A stretch of 64,000 nucleotides of DNA from Terrimicrobiaceae bacterium (GCA_041752695.1 JBGSVZ010000027.1:32001-96000); one strand, 5' to 3'. Counted from the first letter of the stretch, positions 31,188 through 43,629 are shown. Numbers and translations: made by a program. Notes: generated by a model from the letters alone, not told the origin.

Positions 31188-31811
31188 ATGAAAAAGTCGC
31201 GTTCCCTCGCTTTCACCCTCATTGAACTGCTGGTGGTTATTTCCATCATCGGCATTCTCGCCGCTCTCGCTCTGCCTGCCATCACTGGCGCTCTGGCCCG
31301 CGGTCAGATGACCCAAACCCTCAGCAACTGCAAGCAGCTCCACCTTGCCACCCAGCAAATGGCGCTTGATGCCACCACCACGGGTGACACCAACCTCGGA
31401 TGGCCTGGCGATCTCGGTGGTGGAACACCAACGTTCAGCGCTTGGGCGACGAACATCACTGGTGGAAACTATCTGACGGCCAGCGATTTTGCGAAGCTTC
31501 TCTCCGCTCCTGCGGTCGTTGTTCCGGTTCCTGCTTCTAATGCGGTTCCGACCAAAAGTGCCATCCTCGTCTATGGCGTGGCGGAAAACAGCGAAGGAAA
31601 CACCGTGTTTCTTTCCTCGGCCAACTTCACCAACTCCGCTTCCGGCGGAACGGCTCTGGTCGCAACAGCCAAGCCTTACGGTAACAAAGGTTACATCGTC
31701 TTCCGCAAGGCAGGCGACGGAGCGATCCTTCAGTCCCGCCAGACAGGCTCGAGCTACACGAACATCATCGGTGGCTTCACAAACCTGCTCTCCGGTAATC
31801 CTACTCCCTAA
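31188..31811 (+). CDS. type IV pilin/pseudopilin-like protein
   Basis: AFTLIELLVVISIIGILAAL; stand-alone gene with its own terminator. Confidence 0.85.
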   Translation: MKKSRSLAFTLIELLVVISIIGILAALALPAITGALARGQMTQTLSNCKQLHLATQQMALDATTTGDTNLGWPGDLGGGTPTFSAWATNITGGNYLTASDFAKLLSAPAVVVPVPASNAVPTKSAILVYGVAENSEGNTVFLSSANFTNSASGGTALVATAKPYGNKGYIVFRKAGDGAILQSRQTGSSYTNIIGGFTNLLSGNPTP

Positions 31812-31829
31812 TTTACGTCTCGATCTTTC

Positions 31830-31864
31830 AAACCCCCTGTCACCGCAAGTGGCAGGGGGTTTTT
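31830..31864 (+). terminator. intrinsic terminator
   Basis: ACCCCCTGTCAC-CGCAA-GTGGCAGGGGGT-TTTT. Confidence 0.8.
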
Positions 31865-31992
31865 CTTTGGGAGGGTGAGGTTTTTCTGCTCGCCTGCCCG
31901 CCGGGAAGCTGCTAATCTCCCGAGCTCTTCATTCCACGCGGATGCCTCCGGCAGGCCGCGAAATCGTCCATCCCGACCTTAAACACCCAGCC

Positions 31993-33768
31993 ATGAAAAC
32001 CAAAAAATCCCCATCCGCCGCCAAATCCATCGCCCCTGACCGCGGCGAGGTCATGGACGGCGCGGAGATCCTCGTCAGTTGCCTTGAGCGTGAGGGAGTG
32101 GACGTGATTTTTGCCTACCCCGGTGGGGCCTCGATGCCGATTCACCAAGCACTGACCAAGTCGAAGAAGATCCGCACGATTTTGCCCCGTCACGAACAAG
32201 GCGGCGTGTTTGCCGCGGAAGCCTACGGCCGGGTGACCGGGCGGGCGGGCGTTTGTATGGCGACCTCCGGCCCTGGCGCGACCAACCTCGTGACCGGCAT
32301 CGCGGATGCCTTCATGGATTCCGTGCCGCTGGTGGCGATCACCGGCCAGGTCCCGCAGGAAATGATCGGCCGTGGCGCATTTCAGGAGACCGACATGTTC
32401 GGCATGACGCTCCCCATCGTGAAACATAGCTACCTCGTGTGGGATATCTCCGAGATTCCCCGCATCGTGAAGGAAGCCTTTTACATCGCGGAAAGCGGCC
32501 GTCCCGGTCCCGTGTTGATCGACATTCCGAAAAACATTCAGAACGCCAAAGCGCAGCCGATCTACCCGAAGGAAATCAACCTTCGTGGGTATCAGCCGAT
32601 GAAAAAGGCCGACGATCTGGCGATTCAGGAAATGATCGGGATGATCGAGGCCGCCAAGAAGCCCGTCATCTATTGCGGCGGCGGCGTCATCACTGGCAAT
32701 GCCTCGAAAGAGCTGATCGAATTCGCCGAGCGCACCCAGATTCCCGTGACCACCACCATCATGGGCGTGGGCGCCTTCCCGGAAACCCACCCACTTTCGC
32801 TCAAGTGGCTCGGCATGCACGGCAGTGTTTATGCCAACAATGCCGCCAACGAGGCCGACCTGCTGCTCGCCATCGGCGTGCGGTTTGACGATCGCGTGAC
32901 CGGCAACGTGAAGAAATTCTGCGAGCACGGCACGATCGTTCACATTGATATCGACAACTCCGAGCTGAACAAAAACAAGCTCGTGAAGCTGCCGATTCTC
33001 AGCGACCTCAAATACGCGCTGAGCCAGGCCAATGGCATCCTCACCAAAATGGGCAGGAAGCGCGTGGCCAAGGGGCAGACCCGTTTCCCGCAGTGGTATT
33101 CGCAGATTGCAAAGTGGAAAGCGGAGCATCCGTTTTCGTTCAAAGACACGGAAGACGCGATTCTTCCGCAATACGTCATCCGCGAGCTCTACAAACTCAC
33201 CAAGGGCGAGGCCATCATCACCACCGGTGTCGGCCAGCACCAGATGTGGGCCGGACAATTTTACGACTTCAAGGATCCCCGCACCTTCATCACCTCGGCC
33301 GGCCTCGGTTCCATGGGCTTCGGCTACCCCGCGGCAATGGGCGCAAAGGTGGCGTTCCCGGACAAACAGGTGGTGGATATCGACGGCGACGGCTCGTTCC
33401 TCATGAACGTGCAGGAGCTTGCCACCACCCACATTGAAGGCATCGCAGCGAAAGCCATTATCCTGAACAACCAGCATCTCGGCATGGTGGTGCAATGGGA
33501 AGATCGTTTCCATGGCAGCAACCGCGGCCACACGTTCCTCGGAGATCCCAAGGACCTGAATCGCATCTATCCCGACTACGTCGAGATCTGCAAGGGCTTC
33601 GGCGTCACATGCGAACGCGTGATCCACAAGAAGGATGTGCCCGCCGCCATCCAGCGTATGCTCGATTCCAAGGAGACCTACGTTCTCGACATCATGACTC
33701 CCTACACCGAGCACGTGTTGCCGATGATTCCGTCGGGCAAGACCTACAAGGACATCATCACGGAGTAG
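31993..33768 (+). CDS. ilvB: acetolactate synthase large subunit
   Basis: RHEQG, TSGPGATN, AFQETD, GVGQHQMW, DGDGSF..NNQHLGMV. Confidence 0.96.
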   Translation: MKTKKSPSAAKSIAPDRGEVMDGAEILVSCLEREGVDVIFAYPGGASMPIHQALTKSKKIRTILPRHEQGGVFAAEAYGRVTGRAGVCMATSGPGATNLVTGIADAFMDSVPLVAITGQVPQEMIGRGAFQETDMFGMTLPIVKHSYLVWDISEIPRIVKEAFYIAESGRPGPVLIDIPKNIQNAKAQPIYPKEINLRGYQPMKKADDLAIQEMIGMIEAAKKPVIYCGGGVITGNASKELIEFAERTQIPVTTTIMGVGAFPETHPLSLKWLGMHGSVYANNAANEADLLLAIGVRFDDRVTGNVKKFCEHGTIVHIDIDNSELNKNKLVKLPILSDLKYALSQANGILTKMGRKRVAKGQTRFPQWYSQIAKWKAEHPFSFKDTEDAILPQYVIRELYKLTKGEAIITTGVGQHQMWAGQFYDFKDPRTFITSAGLGSMGFGYPAAMGAKVAFPDKQVVDIDGDGSFLMNVQELATTHIEGIAAKAIILNNQHLGMVVQWEDRFHGSNRGHTFLGDPKDLNRIYPDYVEICKGFGVTCERVIHKKDVPAAIQRMLDSKETYVLDIMTPYTEHVLPMIPSGKTYKDIITE

Positions 33769-33846
33769 GCGCCCCATTTGGGGCGTTGTTCCCGCTTGAA
33801 TGTTCAGAGTTGAGTGTTCAGCGTTCAACGTTTCCGCCGTAGGCGG

Positions 33847-34452
33847 TCACCGGAACTCCCCCCGCCGCGCATAAAACTCATACCGTGCCACGATGGCGGC
33901 GATGTAGTTCTTGGTCGCGGGAAAATCCATCGCCGTCTGCAGGTCCTCGGCGCCGGCCGTGGCGCCCCGACCGGAATCCACCACCCAGCGTTTCACGCGG
34001 GTGCGCCCGGCATTGTACTCCGCCAGCGCAAAGGGAACCGGATCGTCCTTCGACCCCCAATGGTCGAGAGCCTTTTTTAAATACCAGGTGCCAGCCTCGA
34101 TGTTCACCTTCGGATCGAAAAGATCCGTCGGCACAAAGGTCTCAATCTTCTCCGCCTTGGACCAGTCGGCCGCAGCTCCCTCAGTGATCTGCATGAGCCC
34201 GCGCTCCCCGTGCTGTCCGGTTTTGTCCGGGTAAAAGCGACTCTCCCGCCAGATCACCGCCTTGATGAGTTCCGGCGGCACGCCGTAGCGCTGGGACGCC
34301 CGGAGGACAAGATCGTCGTATTTCCCGAATCGCCGGGAAAAAACCAGCTCCTGCGCACGATATTCCGGGTCGTCGACGGTCATCCAAAAAATCCCCACAA
34401 CGGCCCCTCCAAGGACGGCGGCCAGGGCTATGGCGACGAGGATTTTTTTCAT
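33847..34452 (-). CDS. lytic transglycosylase (SLT domain)
   Basis: AVIWRESRF, GLMQI, AEYNAG; N-terminal membrane anchor MKKILVAI. Confidence 0.88.
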   Translation of the reverse strand: MKKILVAIALAAVLGGAVVGIFWMTVDDPEYRAQELVFSRRFGKYDDLVLRASQRYGVPPELIKAVIWRESRFYPDKTGQHGERGLMQITEGAAADWSKAEKIETFVPTDLFDPKVNIEAGTWYLKKALDHWGSKDDPVPFALAEYNAGRTRVKRWVVDSGRGATAGAEDLQTAMDFPATKNYIAAIVARYEFYARRGEFR

Positions 34453-34547
34453 GGGCGGCATCATGAAAGCACGTGCAGAGTGCCTCAGTCGATCCCGGAT
34501 CTTGCACACACGAGCTTCGAATGTGGGAAGGGAATTGCCTGGCTGTG

Positions 34548-34601
34548 TTGGAGGCCACGCTTTAGCGTGTCTTCCAGAGCAGCCTAAAGGCTGGACTCCA
34601 A
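34548..34601. repeat. GGAG-type REP doublet
   Basis: TTGGAGGCCACGCTTTAGCGTG ... CAGCCTAAAGGCTGGACTCCAA. Confidence 0.8.
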
Positions 34602-34749
34602 CGCCGGAGTTCCCGCGCTTTGGCGCTTCTGAGATCGGGCTACGCAGTTGAATGGCCGGGAGGCAATTCTCCGTGCCTTTGCCGCTTTTCCGACCCCGGC
34701 TCCGTTTGCTCCTGTTCAGCCAATACCCTTTTGAGGATAAATTCCCGCC

Positions 34750-36975
<2,226 letters not shown>

Positions 36976-36999
36976 CCCAACAACCACCAGCGCCCCGTA

Positions 37000-37031
37000 A
37001 CAATAAATGTCCCAGGTGGGACATTTATTGT
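37000..37031. repeat. perfect 14-bp inverted repeat
   Basis: ACAATAAATGTCCC-AGGT-GGGACATTTATTGT. Confidence 0.7.
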
Positions 37032-37062
37032 AAACGGTGGAAACAGGACTCCGGGGTGACGG

Positions 37063-39486
37063 TTGGGAACGAAGTCGGTGGACGAAACGGGCGGATCCCC
37101 TTTAATTGTCGCCGTGCATTTGCATCCCATCCCGCGCTTCCTGGCCCGCGCCCTTATCCGGGGCGTGTTGGTACTGCTTTTCATCGGGCTGCCGGCGGTG
37201 ATCCTGTATCTGCGCGAAGCGGGGCTGGGCTTTGGGCTGAAGGAACGCGTGGCCGAGGCCCTGAGTGGGAGCGAGTTTCAAACCACCATCGGCAAGCTCA
37301 CCTTTGACCCCTTCAACGGACTGATTGCCGATCGTGTGGAAATCAGTGCCCGCAATCCGCCGGGGGGAAATCTGGCCCGCATCGAACGCCTGGTGGTTTC
37401 CGCCAATCTCAGCGACCTGCTCGTTCGCAAGATCACGATCGACCACATCCGGCTGGACGAGACGGATGTCTCGGTGCCGCTCGATGCCACTCCCGGCAGC
37501 GCCCGTTTGAAACTCAACGGGGTCTCGGCGCAGTGCCTGTTTTTTTCCAATCAGATGCGCATCAGCTACTTTGAAGGCACCGTGCAGGGCGTGCGGGTGG
37601 TCCTGAGCGGGCTGCTGCAAAATCCCCAGGCGTTCAAGACCGAACCGCGCGGCGGAGGACCAGGCGGGCCGCCATCGCGCGCGGTCTTTTCGGAATGGCT
37701 CGACCGGTTTGCGGAAGTCCAGTTTTCCAACGCGCCCGAGCTACGGGCGGAAATTAACGGTGATCTGGCCGACCGCTCGACGATTGAGATTAGTCCGATC
37801 TCCCTGCGCAGCGGCGCGATCAATGGACCGCACTGGCGCATTGAGGGAATTGATCTGGAGGCGGAATATCGGGATGGCGGGCTTTCGGTGGAAAAATTTG
37901 TCGTGCACGGGAAGGGAGGCGAATTGAACGCAACCGCGGACTGGCGCGGTCAACGGCTGACTTTCGACGTGATGAGTTCCCTGGGTCTGGAGCCATTTTT
38001 CGGGCTGCTGCCGAAAGACTCGCCGGTCCGGCAGGTGAAATTTTCCGACGCACCGGTGGCTGCGGCTTCCGGCGTGGTTTCCTTTGCCTCCACTCCGGCA
38101 CAGGTGGAGGTGATGGGTTCCGCCGCACTCGGGAAGTTTTCCTATCGCGGCGTGAAATTCGACAGCTTCTCCACGGATTTCGCCATGCGCGACGGGAGAG
38201 TTTATTCCCGTGGCGCCAAGCTGACGGCGGGGGGCGGTGAGTTTGAGGCTGACGTGCTGTACGCGCCGGGCGATTTCCGGGTGCGGTTCAAAAACTCCAT
38301 CGTGCCGACGGTGTTCCTCCCGCTGCTGGGGGAGAAGGAGCGGGAGTTTCTCAGCAAGATGGAGTTTCGCGACACGCCATTTGTGCAATTCGAACTGCGG
38401 GGATCGAAGCCGGATCTGGCTTTCATCAAGGGCAGTGGGCTTTTGCGCCTCGGCCGAACCGCGGTGCGGGATTCGTGGATGGACCGCATCGAGTCAAAAT
38501 TCGAGATCGCGGACAGTGCCTTTGTTTACCGCAACTTCACCATCAGCCGCGGCAAGGGGCAGGCGACCGGAACCTTTGTTTATGATATCGGACGCCGGGA
38601 AGTGCGGTTGGAAGGCGTGAAGTCCACCCTGCCGCCTGTGGAGGTGATGATGTGGGTGGATCCCAAGATTGCGGATTCCATCCGGCCATACCGGTTTCGT
38701 CAGCCGCCGCTGGTTCTGGCCGACGGGATGATCCATCTCAAGGATGCCGACAAAAACAACCTTGCACTGAAGATCGATTCCCAGGAGGGGCTCGATTACG
38801 ACCTTCTGAACCGCACCCTCAAATTCGGCCGCACCCTGGCCAGCGTGGATATCAAGGGCAAAAGGCTCCTGGCCAATGTGAAAAGCGCGAAACTGATGGG
38901 CGGAGAGGCCGCCATTCGTGCCGACGTTTCCATCGACGACAAGAACCCGGTCTTTTCCGCCGACCTTGATGTAAAGAGGGTGGATTTCGCCAAGCTGACC
39001 AAACTCTACTTTGATTATGACGACTCCATGGGTGCGATGAGCGGGAAATTCCGGTTTGCGGCGCGCATGAAGGAGGAGGAAAAAATGCGCGGAGAGGGCA
39101 GCATTCGCGTGGAGGAGGGCCAGGTCTTTGCGATTCCGATCTTGGGTCCGCTTTCGGACATCATCAACAAAATCATCCCGAAGGCCGGCTACCAAACGGC
39201 CAGCCTGGCGACGGCGGATTTTAAAATCGGCGAAGAAAAAATCACCACCGACAACCTCGAGATCGAGGGGGCGGGATTCAGCATGTTCGGCAGCGGCGAC
39301 ATCTTTTTTATGAAAGATCGCATGAACATGTCGGTGCGAATCAATGCGCGCGGACTTCCGGGCATCGTGCTTTTTCCGGTGAGCAAACTTTTCGAGTATG
39401 TTTCAACCGGTTCGGCCTCCAAGCCGGAGTGGAAACCGAAGATGATTCCGCGCTTCGGCAATGGAGAACAAAAAGCCACGCCCTGA
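37063..39486 (+). CDS. AsmA-like protein
   Basis: N-terminal TM, long beta-rich body, AsmA-type C-terminus; start codon uncertain. Confidence 0.7.
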   Translation: MGTKSVDETGGSPLIVAVHLHPIPRFLARALIRGVLVLLFIGLPAVILYLREAGLGFGLKERVAEALSGSEFQTTIGKLTFDPFNGLIADRVEISARNPPGGNLARIERLVVSANLSDLLVRKITIDHIRLDETDVSVPLDATPGSARLKLNGVSAQCLFFSNQMRISYFEGTVQGVRVVLSGLLQNPQAFKTEPRGGGPGGPPSRAVFSEWLDRFAEVQFSNAPELRAEINGDLADRSTIEISPISLRSGAINGPHWRIEGIDLEAEYRDGGLSVEKFVVHGKGGELNATADWRGQRLTFDVMSSLGLEPFFGLLPKDSPVRQVKFSDAPVAAASGVVSFASTPAQVEVMGSAALGKFSYRGVKFDSFSTDFAMRDGRVYSRGAKLTAGGGEFEADVLYAPGDFRVRFKNSIVPTVFLPLLGEKEREFLSKMEFRDTPFVQFELRGSKPDLAFIKGSGLLRLGRTAVRDSWMDRIESKFEIADSAFVYRNFTISRGKGQATGTFVYDIGRREVRLEGVKSTLPPVEVMMWVDPKIADSIRPYRFRQPPLVLADGMIHLKDADKNNLALKIDSQEGLDYDLLNRTLKFGRTLASVDIKGKRLLANVKSAKLMGGEAAIRADVSIDDKNPVFSADLDVKRVDFAKLTKLYFDYDDSMGAMSGKFRFAARMKEEEKMRGEGSIRVEEGQVFAIPILGPLSDIINKIIPKAGYQTASLATADFKIGEEKITTDNLEIEGAGFSMFGSGDIFFMKDRMNMSVRINARGLPGIVLFPVSKLFEYVSTGSASKPEWKPKMIPRFGNGEQKATP

Positions 39487-39503
39487 GACAGGGCGTGGCT
39501 TTT
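39471..39503. terminator. bidirectional intrinsic terminator
   Basis: AAAAGCCACGCCCTG-AGA-CAGGGCGTGGCTTTT between convergent genes. Confidence 0.8.
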
Positions 39504-39537
39504 GGCAAAGGACGATTTTCGCGGCGGACCGCGAAGT

Positions 39538-39777
39538 TTATTTCATCAAGAGAGCCGCGCGGGAGCGTTTGATCTCGCGGGTGATCTTGCGATGCAGGCT
39601 GGCGGACATGCCGGTGACGCGACGGGGAATGATCTTCCCGCTCTCGGTCACGAAGCGCTTGAGAAGCTCCGGGTTCTTGTAATCGATCGCTTCCGCGGAC
39701 AGGTCGGTGCGGCGGCGGGGCATCGTGCGGTTGGCACGACGAAAAGCGGAACGGCGTTTGGGTGTTTTCGGCTGCAT
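39538..39777 (-). CDS. rpsR: 30S ribosomal protein S18
   Basis: [31 protein letters not shown]. Confidence 0.95.
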   Translation of the reverse strand: MQPKTPKRRSAFRRANRTMPRRRTDLSAEAIDYKNPELLKRFVTESGKIIPRRVTGMSASLHRKITREIKRSRAALLMK

Positions 39778-39779
39778 GG

Positions 39780-39953
39780 TTATTTAATCTCGCGGTGGAG
39801 AGTATGGCGGCGGAGGGCCGGGTTGTATTTTTTCTTTTCGAGCCGGTTGGGGGTCTGCGGGCTCTTCTTATTGCGCGTGGTCATGTAGCGCGAGGGCGAT
39901 TTGCCTTCGGCGCGGGCCTCGGTGCATTCGAGGGTGACGATATCTTGTGCCAT
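39780..39953 (-). CDS. rpmG: 50S ribosomal protein L33
   Basis: Manual translation [13 protein letters not shown]...YMTTRNKK...[21 protein letters not shown] (57 aa, below the ORF-track cutoff). Confidence 0.93.
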   Translation of the reverse strand: MAQDIVTLECTEARAEGKSPSRYMTTRNKKSPQTPNRLEKKKYNPALRRHTLHREIK

Positions 39954-40055
39954 GATGTTGTGGAGTGAGGAGTGAAGGTGATGGTGAAAGTGTGAATTCG
40001 CCGCTTGGCGGCCATTATTCCCCTTTCACTCTCACTTTCCCCTTCATTGTTTGGG

Positions 40056-40697
40056 TTAGTCCTTTGTGTCTGTGTTGCTGTCGTCGTCGTCCCCTTCGCC
40101 TTCTTCGTCCGAAAGGCCGAAGAGTGAGGTGACGGGTTGGCGAACGCGTTGGAAGCGGTTGCGTTTTTCGAGTTCCGCCTGGCATTCGACAGTGTAGCGA
40201 GTGAACGGGAGCGCTTCCAGCCGGGCGTGCGGAATGGGTTTGCCCGACATTTCGCAGACGCCGTAGGAACCGGCCTCCACGCGTTTGAGCGCCTCGTCGA
40301 TTTCGTAAAGGGAGTCCTGTTCCTGGGAAAGGAGGCTGAGAGCGAAGTCGCGGTCGTAGGCGTCGCTGCCAGCATCAGCTTGGTGCATGCCGAAGGCGCT
40401 GGCTTCGCTGCCTTCTGCCCGGGAGCGAAGACTGTCCTTGGCAACTCCGTTCATGGAGTCGAGGAGGGTATCCTTCAGGGCCAGGAGTTTGCCTCGTTGT
40501 TGTTCGAGAAATGGGGTGAGTTTTACCTCGGTTTTTTTGGTCACAGCAGGCTTGGAGACAGTTTTTTTAGCGGCCGATTTGGCCGGCTTCTGGGCGGATG
40601 CGGGCTTTTTCGACACGACGGATTTGCCTGCCGGCTTCGCTTTCGCGTTGCTCGATGTGGGCTTGGCCTTGGGGGAGGTGTTCTTCTTGCTCGCCAT
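40056..40697 (-). CDS. dksA: DksA/TraR-family RNA polymerase-binding factor
   Basis: Lys/Ala-rich N-terminus, HQADAGSD tip, ALKRVEAGSYGVCEMSGKPI..RLEALP. Confidence 0.85.
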   Translation of the reverse strand: MASKKNTSPKAKPTSSNAKAKPAGKSVVSKKPASAQKPAKSAAKKTVSKPAVTKKTEVKLTPFLEQQRGKLLALKDTLLDSMNGVAKDSLRSRAEGSEASAFGMHQADAGSDAYDRDFALSLLSQEQDSLYEIDEALKRVEAGSYGVCEMSGKPIPHARLEALPFTRYTVECQAELEKRNRFQRVRQPVTSLFGLSDEEGEGDDDDSNTDTKD

Positions 40698-40882
40698 TTT
40701 GGGTCAGTTGAAAAGGGGCGAATAAGTAGCCTCTTCCCATGAGCAGTGCAAGAGGATTCTTCCCGGTTGTCGGCAACGGTGCAAATGAGGACACCGGCTT
40801 GGTCGGCGAAGGACCTCAAAAAACGCGGGGACAACAGGCTCCAGTCGGCATCGGGAAGATTCACCCCAATGCCGCTTGCGGC

Positions 40883-42103
40883 TTAAAAGAGCATCAACGC
40901 CGGATTCTCCACCAACTTGCGCAGGGTGGAGAGGTATTCGGCTCCGACGGCCCCATCGACCACCCGGTGGTCGCCGCTGAGGGAGATATTCATGCGTTCG
41001 CCTACCACGATCTCTTCCTTGGAATTGACCACGGGTTTTTTCACGATGGCACCGACCGCGAGGATCGCGGCCTGGGGCGGGTTGATGATGGCGAAAAATT
41101 GCTCGATGCCGTAAGCGCCGAGGTTTGAAACGGTGATCGTCCCGCCGGCGTATTCCTCCGGTTTCAGCTTCTTGTCGCGGGCCCGCTTGGCGAGGTCCTT
41201 GACGGTAGCGCTGATTTCCTTGAGGGACATTTTATCCGCGCCGCGAATCACCGGGGTGACGAGGCCATCCTCCACCGCGATGGCGACGGAGATGTTGACG
41301 CTGGCGTATTGGATGATCGAGTCGCCGCCCCAGGAGGCGTTGACGTAGGGATGCTGCCCTGCGGCCCGGCCGACGGCGAGCAGGACAAAATCGTTCACCG
41401 TAAGCTTCGGCAGACCGGCGGATTCGTTGGCGCTGTTGAGTTCCTTGCGGAGGCGCATGAGCGGTCCGGCATCGACTTCGATGGAGAGATAAAAATGCGG
41501 GTTCTGCTGTTTGCTGGCGACGAGGCGCTCGGCGATAACACGGCGCATGTTCGAAAGCGGCACCTTGGTGTCGTCGTCGCCTGCTTTCGCTTCGATCTTT
41601 GGGGCGGACGAGGGGGCGGCGGGAGCCGCGCCTTTTTCGGGCACATCTTTCGACGTGACCCGGCCACCAGGGCCGGTGCCGGCCACGCCGGACAACGATA
41701 CGCCCCGTTCGGCGGCGATTTTTTTCGCCAGCGGGGAAGCTTTGACGCGCGAATCGCCTGTGGGAATCGCGGCGGCAGGTTTGCTGTCTTTTGAGACTTC
41801 CGCAGGTTTGTCCGCCGCCTTGGTTTCCGATTTGGCGGGAGCTTCCGCGGGGCTGTCGGCGGATTCGCCTTCGGCAAGTACAAGGGCGATCCTGGCGCCC
41901 ACGGCGGCCTTGCCACCATCAGGGACAAAGATCTCGGTGAGCACACCGTCGTCAAAACATTCCATCTCCATGGTTGCCTTGTCGGTTTCGATTTCGGCGA
42001 GGATGTCACCAGCTTCGATGGTGTCTCCTTTCTTTTTTTTCCAGCGCGCGATGGTCCCTTCGGTCATCGTGTCGCTCAATTTGGGCATGGTGATGGCAGG
42101 CAT
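40883..42103 (-). CDS. pdhC: dihydrolipoamide acetyltransferase (PDH E2)
   Basis: ETDKAT lipoyl site, ASPLAKK E3-binding, DHRVVDGA. Confidence 0.94.
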   Translation of the reverse strand: MPAITMPKLSDTMTEGTIARWKKKKGDTIEAGDILAEIETDKATMEMECFDDGVLTEIFVPDGGKAAVGARIALVLAEGESADSPAEAPAKSETKAADKPAEVSKDSKPAAAIPTGDSRVKASPLAKKIAAERGVSLSGVAGTGPGGRVTSKDVPEKGAAPAAPSSAPKIEAKAGDDDTKVPLSNMRRVIAERLVASKQQNPHFYLSIEVDAGPLMRLRKELNSANESAGLPKLTVNDFVLLAVGRAAGQHPYVNASWGGDSIIQYASVNISVAIAVEDGLVTPVIRGADKMSLKEISATVKDLAKRARDKKLKPEEYAGGTITVSNLGAYGIEQFFAIINPPQAAILAVGAIVKKPVVNSKEEIVVGERMNISLSGDHRVVDGAVGAEYLSTLRKLVENPALMLF

Positions 42104-42152
42104 GAAAAGATGGTAGAGGTCAGAAATCGGTTGGACAGTCCCTTTTTGGCGA

Positions 42153-43127
42153 TCAGCAAATCTCCTTCACCTTCTTGATGATCCGGTCAGGAGTCGGAAG
42201 TTGGAGAGGCTCGACGGCCGGGGAATAAATCGCCGGGGCGTCGAGGGAACAAACCCGACCCACGGGGGCGTCGAGGTCGTCGAAGGCCAGTTCCATGAGC
42301 ATGGAGGAGATCTGAGCAGAGACGCCGCAGAAGGGTTTGTTCTCATCCACCAGGACGGCGCGGTGAGTCTTGCGCACCGAGGCGAGGACGGTTTCTTCGT
42401 CGAGCGGGCGAATCGAGCGGAGATCCACCACTTCGGCACTGATGTCGTGCTCGGCGGCCAGAATTTCCGCGGCCTTGAGGGCGGTGAGCACGGCCCGACC
42501 GTGGGCGATGAGGGACACGTCCGTGCCTTCGCGCTTCACGTCGGCGAGACCGAGCGGGATGAGATATTCTTCCTCGGGCACTTCGTATTTATCCCCATAG
42601 AGAAGGGTGTTTTCCATGAACATCACAGGGTCGTTGTCCCGGATGGCGGTTTTCATCAGGCCTTTGGCGTCGTAGGCATTGGCGGCACTCACGACCTTGA
42701 GACCAGGAATGGCGGCGAGCCAGTTTTCCGGGGTGTGGGAGTGGGTGGCTCCAACATTGGTGCCGCCGTTGGCGGGGCCACGAATCACGATGGGGCAGTT
42801 GATCAACCCGCCGCTCATGTAGCGGATCTGTCCGGCATTGTTGACAATCTGATCGTACGCAACGGTGGCAAAACTCCAGAACATCAGCTCCATCACAGGA
42901 CGGAGGCCAAGCATCGACGCCCCGACGCCCATCCCGATGAAAGCGGCTTCGCTGATGGGCGTGTCCATCACGCGCTTGTCGCCGTATTTTTTCCACAGAC
43001 CGCGGGTCACCTTGTAGGCTCCGTCGTATTGAGCGACCTCTTCGCCGATGAGGACGACGTTCGGGTCGCGTTCGATTTCCTCGGCAAACGCCTGGTTCAA
43101 TGCATCGCGGTATTCAATCAGTGGCAT
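42153..43127 (-). CDS. pdhB: pyruvate dehydrogenase E1 beta
   Basis: GEEVAQYDGAYKV, DTPISE, ATHSH, VVDLRSIRPLD. Confidence 0.94.
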   Translation of the reverse strand: MPLIEYRDALNQAFAEEIERDPNVVLIGEEVAQYDGAYKVTRGLWKKYGDKRVMDTPISEAAFIGMGVGASMLGLRPVMELMFWSFATVAYDQIVNNAGQIRYMSGGLINCPIVIRGPANGGTNVGATHSHTPENWLAAIPGLKVVSAANAYDAKGLMKTAIRDNDPVMFMENTLLYGDKYEVPEEEYLIPLGLADVKREGTDVSLIAHGRAVLTALKAAEILAAEHDISAEVVDLRSIRPLDEETVLASVRKTHRAVLVDENKPFCGVSAQISSMLMELAFDDLDAPVGRVCSLDAPAIYSPAVEPLQLPTPDRIIKKVKEIC

Positions 43128-43143
43128 GGCAGTGGGTGGGCCG

Positions 43144-43617
43144 CTAGTGCATGCAGCCCATGTAGATTTTGGTTTTTTTGGCGTAGGCGGTGGGAGCCCA
43201 TTTGGCAAAGCGTTTGATTTGCGCCTGGGCTTCCTTCGCAGATTCGTAAACTCCGGCGACGACCATGTAATAGCCTGGCTTAAAACCGTCGTATCCGTCG
43301 GAGCGTTCCACGGAGAGATATTCGGTCTCGCGGTCCTTGATCAGGGCCTGGTTGTAACGCCGGGCCACGTATTGTCCGGCAAACACTTCGTCGTCGAAAT
43401 TGTCGGGATAGATCAGGCCCCGTTTTTTGTCAAAAACCCGTCCCTCCATGAAAAAGGAAACGTTGCTTTTGGCGGCAATTTTCTCCGCGTCGGCTTTCGC
43501 GTCCTTGAAAGATTCGTAGACAGAGAGGATGGCGACCCAGCGGTTCTCGACGAACTCGGCCTCCTGCGCGTGGACGCAGGGCAACAAGAAGAGAAGTGCC
43601 AGGATCGCGAGACGCAT
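43144..43617 (-). CDS. secreted hypothetical protein (possibly SPOR-like)
   Basis: Signal peptide; fills the gap between pdhA and pdhB; YYMVVAGVYESAKEAQA pattern. Confidence 0.65.
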   Translation of the reverse strand: MRLAILALLFLLPCVHAQEAEFVENRWVAILSVYESFKDAKADAEKIAAKSNVSFFMEGRVFDKKRGLIYPDNFDDEVFAGQYVARRYNQALIKDRETEYLSVERSDGYDGFKPGYYMVVAGVYESAKEAQAQIKRFAKWAPTAYAKKTKIYMGCMH

Positions 43618-43629
43618 CGGTGACGCGAA

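Noticed and set aside
26316..33828. Minus-strand ORFs of 595, 613 and 638 aa
   Set aside because: Antisense to gltA, glgB and ilvB, with no motifs of their own
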